Part shown: positions 1 to 11,300 of the stretch, one piece after another
Layout: each line of letters opens with the position of its first letter
Position numbering within the stretch: position 1 is the first letter of the stretch
Assembly (NCBI GenBank): GCA_020137815.1
Contig: CM035353.1
Span: 6,076,001-6,140,000 of the forward strand
Source: Hormiphora californensis
Lineage: Eukaryota; Animalia; Ctenophora
Length of the DNA stretch: 64,000 bases
Direction of reading: 5' to 3'
Notes under the pieces: generated by a model
Seen by the model: the letters and a program-made list of their open reading frames with translations, nothing else
Told to the model about the DNA's origin: nothing
The model's database searches: none
Position numbers and translations under genes: made by a program

Positions 1-107
1 CATACTGTGGAGAGTAAAACATATCATACTGGAGGGGTTTGTCTAGTTTTCTAATACTGTTTTTATAACACTTTCTTTTAACTCTTTTAACCACTCTCTA
101 TTTGCAG

Positions 108-539
108 CTGAACCGAAGTGTGAACAAAGTTACAGGTGGGTCAGAGAACAACAACAACAACAACCACATTGCCAGGCTAAAACAACAGAAGAGATCCCAA
201 CGCAAGATCTCCCTCATCATTGGTACAGATATGCTTTGTTGGCTGCCTGTGATGGCCATATCTGGACTCCACATGGGACAGGTGGTGGATGCAACACCGT
301 ACTACGGGGTTCTATCCGTTATCATCCTTCCCATCAACTCCATCATCAACCCCCTCCTGTATAGTGATAGTGTATACGGGAAGGTGGAGAAGTGGGCACA
401 ATGGGGATGGTTTGGAGCGGGCAAAATGTTTTCTTGGACCCTAACAAACGTATGGAAGAGGAATCCGGTAGTAGAGGTTATTGAGATGGGACCGGTAGCG
501 AACAGGCCAGAAACTTCTAATCTGCCAAGTAATATGTGA
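108..539 (+). CDS. Last coding exon of a class A GPCR, LGR/RXFP/GRL101-like (TM6-TM7 and C-tail)
   Basis: KISLIIGTDMLCWLP (TM6) and VIILPINSIINPLLY (TM7 NPxxY). Polypyrimidine tract plus tttgcag acceptor ending at 107, stop at 539, AATAAA at 563-568. Confidence 0.85.
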   Translation: MNRSVNKVTGGSENNNNNNHIARLKQQKRSQRKISLIIGTDMLCWLPVMAISGLHMGQVVDATPYYGVLSVIILPINSIINPLLYSDSVYGKVEKWAQWGWFGAGKMFSWTLTNVWKRNPVVEVIEMGPVANRPETSNLPSNM

Positions 540-870
540 ACAAGGACAAAATACGTGAGACCAATAAACCACCGTTGTTTAAATCAACTATCGGTATTTT
601 TTTCTGTCTGGGGAGATACCAGAAAGCCTTAGACTCAAGTCCAGGTTAGATCTACATCTATCTAGATTGCATGTTTTTTGTTTAGTTTATTTACCAAAAG
701 AAGAGAAATCTTTTGAGCCAATTGTTGTGGTCAGCTCATTTGATAATGCTGTTTTTTAATATTTCTGTGACGCCATGGTAACCCACTAAATGGTACAATT
801 AAATGCTTTTTTGTCTTTGTAACAACCAGATAAAGACCACTTTAAATCTCGCCAAATCTCTCCCGTTCAC

Positions 871-1462
871 CTGTCATTTAGTGAAGAGGTAGAAGAAATG
901 AGAGGGTTTGCTGTAAATGACTTCCCCGATAAAGGAACCATACTTATCACATGGCTGTCGGTTATCCCGTAATCCTGAGATAAAACATTTATCATAAAAG
1001 TACAACTAAGTAAGAAACCCAGTATTTTTCGTATTTTTCGATTTTCTTCCCTATTTAATTCTTGCTCTGAACTCATTATTCAGAGTAAGTAAGAACTAAG
1101 AAGTAAACATTTTGCAACCAGTCACATGAAAATGTTGTGGCAAAAACCTCTGCAACCAGTCACTGCATAAACCCGATCTATAAATATGATCACCATTGTT
1201 TAATTACCTGAATAGAAGAGGAGTCTTTAAGATACTGATTCTTGAACTTCAGCCTGAATTGATGTGAACCTCGGCCCATCTCGTAAAGAATATGTAGAAT
1301 GTTAGCCTTCAAGCGGGCAATCGAATCGGAGGCATTGCATGAAATCACAAAGGTGCGGCCCTGAGAAAAAAAAGAGAAAATGCTTTAATAAGGTTGTCTG
1401 TTACTACTTAACTAGTGTGTTTCACTTACAGTAAAAACTGGGCTACTGATATACAGGAGCAT
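871..1462 (-). CDS. Spliced gene encoding an N-terminal ubiquitin-like domain (coding exons 1462-1430, 1360-1208, 974-871; 3' end unresolved)
   Basis: GT-AG splicing in phases 0/0 gives MLLYISSPVFT|GRTFVISCNASDSIARLKANILHILYEMGRGSHQFRLKFKNQYLKDSSSIQ|DYGITDSHVISMVPLSGK..., which aligns by eye with ubiquitin ([21 protein letters not shown]...[21 protein letters not shown]). Confidence 0.8.
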
Positions 1463-2926
1463 GTCGTTGTTCAAATGTCACCTTTCATGGGGTTCATCGT
1501 GCTAAACCATCTGTAAACGAGTTTAAAAACTTAGCAAGAACAATCATGAGTCATGATTTATGACATGAGTGAAAATTCAATTCAATTGTCGACAGTAAAT
1601 ACAAATATTGGCAAACGTTGCTAGGGGGATAAGGCAGCGCTTTTCAAATACAAATACAAATATATATAGTTTATATTATGTACATATAATATATAATTTA
1701 TATCCCGCTTTTGGGGCAAAGGTGACCATCCCCTCCACCATCCGTGCGTGCCAGAAAGCAGTTATAAAAATGGATCTAACCGCCAAACCACTCAACCGTT
1801 TTGGCTAATTCAAAGTTTATCTGGTAGGAAATGTCAAGGCCTAACCCCAACCCAAACCCCAGCCCTTACCCTAACCCTACTTTAGCCATAACCCTAAAAA
1901 ACCGTTTGTCAGCACTCACCAAACACCCAGATTTTAACGGACACGATTTTAATCTGGGTGCCTACTGCCTTGCAGCCTGTTTACAGGTGCACGCTACCAA
2001 AAGAGTACATTTAGACAGACTTTTTTCAAACGGCTATCTATAGCCACGCAACCACATCGCCAATTTGAGTAAACTGTAAACTAAACAGTAACTGATAGTG
2101 AATCGATAGCCCTAACCGATAACCCCAAACCAAACCCTAACGGATAGCGCTAACCCGTCGTGCGCGCTAAAACTTTAAACTACGAACTGTTCATCATCAT
2201 CATACACATATTTAATATTCCGCTTTGTAGTCTACTTTTAGCAATGAAAGGCACCCATATTTTAACGTTTTTTATGAGCACACTCGGAAATGTTCAGGTC
2301 CGTCGAAGGGCGACCAGACAGGATTGTGCTCGAGTCGAGCAGCTCGACCTTAACTTTTGGCATACGTTGCAGGCCCCTTATAATATAATATAAGGGGCCT
2401 GGAGGGAATACCGCGCTGGGGGGGAATACATAATCAATCATATCTCCGGTTCCAGATAAGGTACAGAAATCGTTTTGGTAGCGTTGGAAAGAGGAAGATA
2501 ACAGCTTTCAAATGCAACCGGTTTCAGGTCTCTATCTTATCAGGAACAGGAGATATGAACCAAACTCCGCAAAATCGAGTGCGGTAAAATAAAAAATTCG
2601 AGATTTTAATTCAAGCTTGAAACAAAAGTTTCCCTGCAGGGACCTGTGACGTCACTTTTTGAAAACAACCAATCTTTGAACGGCTATTGCTCAGCCTCCT
2701 CAAGTCCAATTAACTTCTCTCAAAAACAGCAAGGTAGATAATTGTCAGATCTAACAACTGGTGAAAGAATCAAGTCAAACGGACTTCAGGGGCCAAAGTT
2801 ATAAGCACTGCCGTTTTTTCGACCGCAAAGTTATTTTCGACCCAGCCGGGCCCGTCCTGAGCTCAGGCCAAACGCGCGCGCGGCATTCCCTCCAGTCCCC
2901 TCGTTGCGGGGGTGCGCGCATGAGGG

Positions 2927-3753
2927 GTAAGTCGGAAGAACCTGTCCGTTCCTCTCATGAGCGCTCATGAGTGTGTCATGAGTGTGTCATGAGTGTATCA
3001 TGAGTGTATCATGAGCGCTCATGAGACGTTTTTAGGTGTTTCAACGTCTCGTGAGCGCTCATGAGTGTATCATGAGTGTGTCATGAGTGTATCATGAGCG
3101 CTCATGAGTGCTCATGAGACCTTGCTCATGAGCGCTCATGAGACATATGTCTCATCCCATCTCTGTTTCAATGTCTCATGAGCGCTCATGAGACGTTTTG
3201 ACCTACATGTGCTCATGAGTGTATCATGAGACATGTCTCATGAGACATATGTCTCATGAGACGTTAGGGTTAGGGTTAGGGTTGGGTTTACGGTTGGGAT
3301 AAGGTTAGGGTTGACCCATAGGCTTGGACCTAGCCCTACCCTCTACGGGTCCCTAGACCTAAAGGAAAGCCCTAACCCTAGCCCAACCGTAAACCCAACC
3401 CTAACCCTAACCCTAACGTCTCATGAGACATATGTCTCATGAGACATGTCTCATGATACACTCATGAGCACATGTAGGTCAAAACGTCTCATGAGCGCTC
3501 ATGAGACATTGAAACAGAGATGGGATGAGACATATGTCTCATGAGCGCTCATGAGCAAGGTCTCATGAGCACTCATGAGCGCTCATGATACACTCATGAC
3601 ACACTCATGATACACTCATGAGCGCTCATGAGACGTTGAAACACCTAAAAACGTCTCATGAGCGCTCATGATACACTCATGATACACTCATGACACACTC
3701 ATGATACACTCATGAGCGCTCATGAGAGGAACGGACAGGTTCTTCCGACTTAC
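2927..3753. mobile_element. Non-autonomous foldback DNA transposon (long TIRs with TCATGA repeats, TTAGGG/CCCTAA core)
   Basis: Near-perfect inverted arms starting GTAAGTCGGAAGAACCTGTCC. Flanking direct repeat CGCATGAGGG (10 bp; 8 bp GCATGAGG if the termini are GG..CC). Confidence 0.9.
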
Positions 3754-4010
3754 CGCATGAGGGGGCTGCAGCGCATTCCAACCTTAACTTTTCGGAGTGT
3801 GCTCATTCCTTGCAAATCGCGAATTATCGTTCATTCACGAAAAAAATTTGTGTTCAGCGCTGCAGAAAATGTATTTAAATGTAACGCGCGAGGGTACTCG
3901 GTCAATAACGCTGCCGCATAAGCTCTTTCTCGCGCGCATTCTTTTATTAAGTTGAAAATCGGCTCATTTTTTCACTTTTTTGTTTGCTTTTGCCAATTTT
4001 TTCACTCGTC

Positions 4011-4237
4011 ACAGTGGTCATCCGACATAATTGCCATACCTCGACGTGAAATTCGACCTGAATCTCGACCTGGAATGAGGCGCGCATTCGTAGTGAGAGA
4101 GACACAAAGACTAACGAGAGAGAAGAATTGAAGCGCGACATCATTTGCTTACTGCGGCACATCTCTCTGATGCGCACCTCATTCCAGGTCGAGATTCAGG
4201 TCGAATTTCACGTCGGAATATGTCGGATGACCACTGT
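4011..4237. mobile_element. MITE-like inverted repeat
   Basis: ACAGTGGTCATCCGACATA...GACGTGAAATTCGACCTGAATCTCGACCTGGAATGAGG is mirrored at about 4175-4237. No clean TSD. Confidence 0.6.
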
Positions 4238-4624
4238 TAGCAAGTTTTCTCATTTTCTCTTCATCTCTCGTTCAAAAAGTGGGTCCTGGGCCCACAGGAC
4301 CAAGCCTAGTTTAGCATATAGCGAGGCCCCCACTGCACCAATTAACTTGACCCGGTCAAGTTGACCGAGGAATCCGAAAATTATCGTAAGTCAGGAAAAT
4401 TACACAGCGATGGATGGCGGGCCTATGAACCTCTTCCTGGTGCCTCTGAGAAATACCTAAGACCTAAGTGCTTAAGGCTTAAATAGACTTATTTTCGATC
4501 ACAAGCATGTCCCAAATGAAATTGGCAGACCTTGCTGACCCCTTAGTCTGCGCCACGCCCAGCGCAGGATAAGGCAGCGCTTTTCTACTAATGAAATAAA
4601 AAGGCATGCCCTCCTCAGACCCTC

Positions 4625-4890
4625 TGCTAGGGCTGGGAATAGGTGAATTGTGGCCGGAGATTGGTGAACTGGCAATGAATGAGCTAGGGCCGGGAATGGG
4701 TGAATTGTGGCCGGAGATTGGTGACCTGGCAATGAATGAGCTAGGGCTGGGAATGGGTGAATTGTGGCCGGAGATTGGCGACCTGGCAATGAATGAGCTA
4801 CTGCTAGGGCTGGGTGCAGAATTAGGGCCGGGTAGAGGAGACCTGGCAATGGGTGAACTAGGTTCGGCGATTGGTGAACTGGCAATTGGT
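4625..4890. repeat. 57-bp minisatellite (about 4 units) within a possible Pro/Ser-rich minus-strand exon
   Basis: Unit GAGCTAGGGCTGGGAATGGGTGAATTGTGGCCGGAGATTGGTGACCTGGCAATGAAT. The minus frame reads SSFIARSPISGHNSPIPSP repeats, with an acceptor-like ttttcag near 4960. Confidence 0.75.
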
Positions 4891-5399
4891 GACTTCTTCT
4901 CGGGTGAAATAATGGTCTTCATGAGTGACCGTCTTGGTGTATCTAGCTTCAGTTTAGGCTGAAAACGATAATAAAACATACAAGATAATAATAAAAGATA
5001 AGTATTGTAGTAAAAGAGATACATAACGCCTCGTGTTCAAAATTCTAAAATCAAATGACTTAGATATTCAAATACCTTCTTTGCTTTCGGTAGAGATGAA
5101 TCTTTTCCACGATAACTGTCCACCAGTGTATGTCTTGGAGCCAAAAGCCTCAACTGGGAATGAAATTTATGATAAAACATAAAAGATTACAATAGTTAAT
5201 AGTGGGATAGCGAGAGATAAACATTGCAAATGTCTCGTATTCAAAATTCTAAGTTTTGGAATATGACGAAAATTAAAAATTTCGTGCAGCACGGTGCACG
5301 TCGGAACACGTTTTCGGGCCTCCATAGACCTGTCGCTTTCTGGCCTCTCTGAATCTGTTTAAACTAACAATCTCTGTAATGCAAATAGTAGTTCTAAAC

Positions 5400-8300
5400 A
5401 GATTTCCCCTTTCCCCCTTTTCCTTTTCCTAAAAATTTCTTCTTTCATTCCTTTTCCGGTTCAAAAAAGGTGGGTTTTTTTTGGGCCCCCAAAAGGGGAC
5501 CCAGCCTGGGGTTTTAAAGGGCTTTTAATTGGGGGTTTTCCGGGGGGCCCCCCCTTGGGGGGCCCAACCCCCCCCCCCCCCCCCAATTAACCTAAAACCC
5601 GGGGGGGCCCGTTGCCAAAACCCAAAAAAAACGAATTGGGAAAAATTTCCGGGGGCTTTGGCGGGATAAAACTTTTCCCCGGTTCCCCCCCTGTTTTCCC
5701 CCAAACCAAAACCTAATGTTAAAGTTTAAAAACTTTTTTTGAAAGTTTCCCCAATTAAATTGGGATTGCGAGGATTTAAACTGCGCCGCCAAAAACCCTA
5801 GGGAAAATAGGAGGGGAAAATTAAAAATTTCTAACCCCCCGGGGGCCCGGGAAAAGGGAATTTTGGGCCCCCATAGGGAACCTGGCTTTTGGCCTCCGGG
5901 GGAATTGTTTCCAAAATTGGTGTTCAAAAATTTTTAAAAAAGGGCTAAATTTTGGGGGGCAGGAAATAAATTAAAAAAACAACGTGTTTGGGTGCCATGA
6001 ATAGGGGAAAGGGGAACCCCCGGGAAAGGGGGGGGGGGGAACTGGAATTTGGGGACTTTTCCCAAACCCCTGGCCCCAAAATTTTCCCTTTTGGGATTTA
6101 TAAAAAATAAAACAACAAGATTCTGAAATTAATTTGGATAAAAGGTTACAACCCCTCTTGGTTCAAAATTTCTTCGGGGATTTGAGAATTTTTTCCCAAA
6201 TAACATTTCTTTTCCTTTGGTGGAAAAGCCCCCCAAAAGGAAAGAAAAAAAAAAAACCTGAAGGTTTTAGGTTTTAACCCGCCCCCCTTTTTAAAGTTTT
6301 TTAAAAAAAATAAAAAACCAAATTTTTGGTTCCCAAGGATCCTTTAAATTTTATTAAAATTTAAGTTTTAAAGGGTTAAAAATTTCTGCAGAATCCCTTT
6401 TAAAATTTTCTCCCTCCATGATTCCCTTTCCCCCAAAAATTTAAAACTCGTTTTAAAAATTTGGGGAATTGGGGGCCTACTTTAGTGGGGCCTGGACTAA
6501 ATTTAAAAGGAAACCGGGGGTTGGGTTCCTGGTTTTAATTTTGTTGAACAGGGTAAAGAACAAAAAGTTTTTTCCTTCACCAACCCTGGACCCCCCCCTT
6601 TCCTTTTTTAAAAAACCGGTTTCCCAAATTTTGAAAAATTCGGGAAAATTGGCCCTTTTTGGGGTCCCCTTTGCAGGTTTTTTGGGGGTTTTGGAAAGGA
6701 ATTTTTTGTAAGGATAAAACTCTTTTAAACCCTTGAACCTCCGGGTTAAAAACCAAAAGGGGTTAGGTCCCGCCCTGCTTTTAGCCCTTAAATAAAAACC
6801 TTTTTTTCTTTAATTTTAATTTAATTAAATTTATAAAATACAAACAGGTTTTTAAAGAAAAAACGGGCTAAAAACTCCCTTTGTTTCCTTCCAAAAAAAA
6901 ACCCAAAGGGAATTGCATGGCCCAATTTTATTGTTCCCAAAACCCTTTACCCCAAGGGGAAAATTTTTTTCCGGCCCCTTTCCCCAAGTTTAAACCACAT
7001 GACATAAAATTTCCACACCAATTGCCCCCCCTTTCTACCCGGCCCTACCAAAGGGGGAAGGGGGTTTTTTGGGGCCCCCGGATTTGGGGCTTTTAAAATG
7101 TGAATATTTTAAAATTTTCCCCTAAAGGGGAAACCCACAAACCCCCTTCTGCCGTGGGGCGTATTAAAAACCCTTTAATTTTTAAATTATTAAATTTTTA
7201 ATGGGAAAACCCTTCCCTACAAAAAAAGGGATTTTTTGGGGAAAGGGGTAAAACCCCACCCCAAAAACCCCCCCAAAGGTTAAAGGGCTAAAACAATTTA
7301 AAAAACTTTCGGGCCCGGCCCCATTAAACCCCCCCTGAAAAAAAGGGTTTTTAAAATTCCCAAACACCCAATTATTAATTCCCACCCACAAAATTTTTTC
7401 CCTTTCTGGCACACAAAAGGTAAGCTGCCCTGGGGCCCCCACCAGGGAAAAAAACCCCAAAACCCCCCCCAAATTTGGGGGGCCAAAGGGTTGTTTATAT
7501 TCCCCCAAATTTTGGGAAACCCTTTCCCCCCTAACAGGGGAACCTGGAGGTGGGGTTTTTGGAACCCCCCAAGGTTGAAGGAAAAAAATTTCGGCGTTAT
7601 CCCCTCCCGGGCAATTTTTTTCTTTTCCCCCATACGTGGGGGGGGGGGGGGGGGAAGGGTCACCCCCCTTTAAAGGATTGAAAAAAAGATGGAAAAAAAT
7701 CCATTGGCGGCCCGGAGGTTTAAAGGCGGGGAAAAACCCCGCCCCAAGGGAAAATGGGGGGGGCCCCGGGGTTTTATACTGAAAATTTATAACCCTTTCC
7801 GTGGGCAAACAAGGGTTTAGGGAAATTTTAGAAAATATGGTTTTAATAAAAAAAGGGGCCGGGGGTTTTTTTTATCGGGGGGGGGAAATTTTAGAAGGGG
7901 GCGGGAAATAAAATTTAAAAGTAAGGCCCCTTTCATTCCGGGGTCTCTTTCAAAACGCCCTTTCCTGTTTCTTTCTTGAAACTCACCCCTTTGGGCTCAC
8001 TTTAAATTAAATTTTTTAAATTTTTAAAAAAATTTCCCCAGGGGTTTTAGGGCTTACAATAAAGTTCCCGTACCCATAATTTTTAAAAATTGATTTTTTT
8101 CCCTCCTTTTTTTTCTCTTCTTTTTCCTGGTTGTTGACCGTCTAACCCCCTTCCAACTCTCTCTAAATTTTTCCCCCCCATTTTAAATCCCCCCAATCCA
8201 TGAGGTTCCGATTTGTTCCTTTTTAACCCCTAAAAAAAAATTTTGGGTTCTAGGTTGGTTTTTTTGTGCTCTCTTCAAAAGGCTCTTCTCCTTTTCGTTT

Positions 8301-11300
8301 TTTAAAACTTTTTAAAAAAATTTTTAAAAGAAAATTTTTTACCACATTAGAAAAGTTTTTAAAATAAATTTTGGGGTTTTCTCGTAATCCTCCACTTCCA
8401 AAATTGACCTTTTGAAGCCCAAATTTACCAACTTCCCTTTAAAGGGGGTATTAAAGAATTTTTGGGTAAAACTTTTCCCAACCAACTGCCCAAGGGGGCA
8501 TTTACAAAGAACTTTTAGTTTACGGTTGTATATGTTTTTCCACCAAAATTGGGTTGAAGTGGTTTTGTGATTTTTTGGGGCCCCTCTTCAAACCTTCCTT
8601 AATAAAGGAATGGTGGGTTAAGGAAAAAGAAAGTTTTTTAAAACCCGGGGGGGTTTTCCCAGGGCCTTTTTTTTTTGTGAAATGCCATAGCACTTTCCAC
8701 CTTACCCCTTTTTTAAAGGAATCCCCACCCCCCCATTAAAAGTTCGCAGGCCTTTTCGGTAAAATTTGGCCCCCCAAAGGGGCCCTCAAAAATTTTCCCG
8801 ATTTGAACGGTCATTTTTTCTTTCCCCGGGGGGGAAAGGGTTTGGAAATTTTTTCCTTTTTTGGAATTTTCCACGGGGAATACGGGTTGGAAAAAATTTT
8901 GGGAAAAAAAAACCTTTTCTCCCAAAAACGGGGTGGGCGGTGCCCTCACCGAAAGAATTTCCCTTTTACTTTCTTTCCCCCCCCCTGGGGGAAGGGGGGG
9001 ATTAACCCCCGGGTATACCAAAAATGTGGAAAATAAAATTCCTTTTTCCAAAGTTCCTAAAACCCTTTAGGGAAGGTGGCCGGAATTTAAAGGGGGTTTG
9101 GGGATTGAAAGTATTTTTAAAATTTTGTGGTTCCCCTTTTTTCTACCCTTAAAAACCCAGGGGGGCGGGTCCCACTAACACCCCCCCTCTTCCCCATTTT
9201 ACTTTTATTTTTTCCCCTTTGGGGAAAATTAGGGGTATAAAATTACAAAAAAATAAATTTTTAAGGGGCCCTTTTAAATCTTTTGGGACTTTTAAAAGAC
9301 TTTTGGAAAAATTTTAAATTGTGAAAAACCCTCTTTGGGTTCGTTTTAAATCTTCCCCAAACGGGTGGCCCCCTCCTGCAAATTTTCCCCCCAAATCTTC
9401 CCTTATTTGGGCTTTTCATTTTTTTTCCTTTTCCCAAGTTTTTTCCCGTGTAAAAAATCAAACAAAAATTATTTTTTTGGTTTGGTTCTGTATTTTGGGA
9501 AATTTCTCGGGAAGTTTTTTTGGGTAATCGGGGGTTTAATTGTAAAGAAAGGCCCCTCCGGGGCTTTTTTTTTTTTCCACGGGGCCCTCTGTCATAATCC
9601 CCACCTTGGGGGTTTTTTCCCCCCTTCCCCCCGGGGGACTTTTCCCCGCTTGCAAAAAAAAAAATTTATCCTTATAATTTTTCCCTTTGTGGGGGGATTT
9701 AAAACATTACGTTTTGCCTTTTAAAACCTGGGGGGTTTAATTTTAAATTATTTGGTTTGAAGGTTTTGCGGGGGGAAAGGGAACCCTAAAAAAGCGAACC
9801 CCCTCCCCCCCCGGGGTTCCCGATCCCCTATTTTCCCCTTTTAACCTTTTTTTTAACCTCTTTTTGGCCCCGGGGGAAATTTTTGGTAAATAAGGTTATT
9901 TCAAAGATTTTGGGTTTGGGGGGGGTCCCCCCCCTCCGGATGGCCCAAAATGGTAGAGGGTTTTTTTTTTTTAACCTTTTTTCCTTTTTTTTTTAAAAAA
10001 AAAGGGTTGACCTAATAATTAATTTTTGGGGCCCCCCGCCCCCTTTCAAAGGAAAGGGGGGTTTATTTTTCCCCAAAAAAAAAAATTTCCCCCTTTTTTC
10101 CCAAAGGGAAGGGGACCTTTTCCCACCCTGGTTTGGGGGGGTTAAAAAAAAATTAAATGTAGGTTTTTTTAAAACTTTTTTTTTACCCCGAAACCTATGA
10201 TGTTAAACAGATTGTTATTTGGGAAACGCATTAATTTTAACTAAAACCAAAAAAACAAAAGGAAATTTGTTTGGAAAAAACCCGTGGCTTTTGTGATACG
10301 AGGCGGAAAAGGAAACCCTTCCCCCCCCCTTCCCCTATTTCTTTTCCCTAACTCCCCCCCTTTAAACCTTTCCCGGGCTGGGGGAAAGGCCCCGGGGAAC
10401 TGAGCTATTTGGAAATTTTCCAACCCCCCCCGTTAAACCAACACCACAACAACCTTCCTCCCCCTTTTCCTCCTTTTCCCCCCCTCCTCCAAGGGGCCCC
10501 CCCCCCCGGGGGGGCCCCCTTTTTTAAAAAACCCCCCTTTTTTCCCTTCCTCCCCCCCCGGGGTTTTTTTTTTTTTTCTTTTTTCCTTCCCTATTTTTTT
10601 TTTCCTTCTAAACTCAAAAGTCACCCCCCCGCGTCTGACGAAGGGGCTTTTCCCGCCCCGGAAAGTATGACAAAAGGCCACGGGGGGGTTCCAAAAAAAT
10701 TTCCCTTTTTTTTTGGTCAGTTTCTCAGGATTTTTTTTAAACCCAGGTACCCTAAATATGAAACTAACGGCAAAACGGTACGGGGATACGACTTTTTGTT
10801 GGGTTGGGAGGGGGGCCCCCCCAAAAAAAATTCGACTATTCTGCGTCAAAAATATGACCATGAAAATTTTTCTCCCCCCGCTGAGGGGTTTTATTCCCCA
10901 AAATATCCCCTTAATCATAAATGGGTGAAATTAATTGCCAAAAAACCCGGCTAAACGGGAAAGAGATACGACTTTTTGTCCAGGGGACAAAACCCCCCAA
11001 TAAATCGATTTTTCTGCTTTCGAATAGGGTCCATGAAAACTTCCCTGGGCCCCCACTGAAGTGGAAATATTCAAAAATATGCTTTTAAATCATAAATATT
11101 CGCAAAATATGCAAAAAACCAGCAAAACCCGGTTCAGATGGGGACTTTTTGCCCGGGGGGAAAAACCCCCATAATCGCCTTTTCTGCGTCAAAAATAGGT
11201 CAAAAGAAAAATTCTGGACCGGGCTAAAGGGGAAAATATTCGGGAATAGGCAAAAAATCATAAATGGGCTATAAATATGCAAAAAAAAGGGCCCTAAAAA

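Noticed and set aside
975-1076. Signal-peptide-like start of ORF 867-1076
   Set aside because: Falls in intron 2 of the UBL gene; only 974-871 is exonic.
3262-3418. Ancestral telomere-telomere fusion site
   Set aside because: Only about 3 perfect units per side, and they lie inside a TSD-flanked element.
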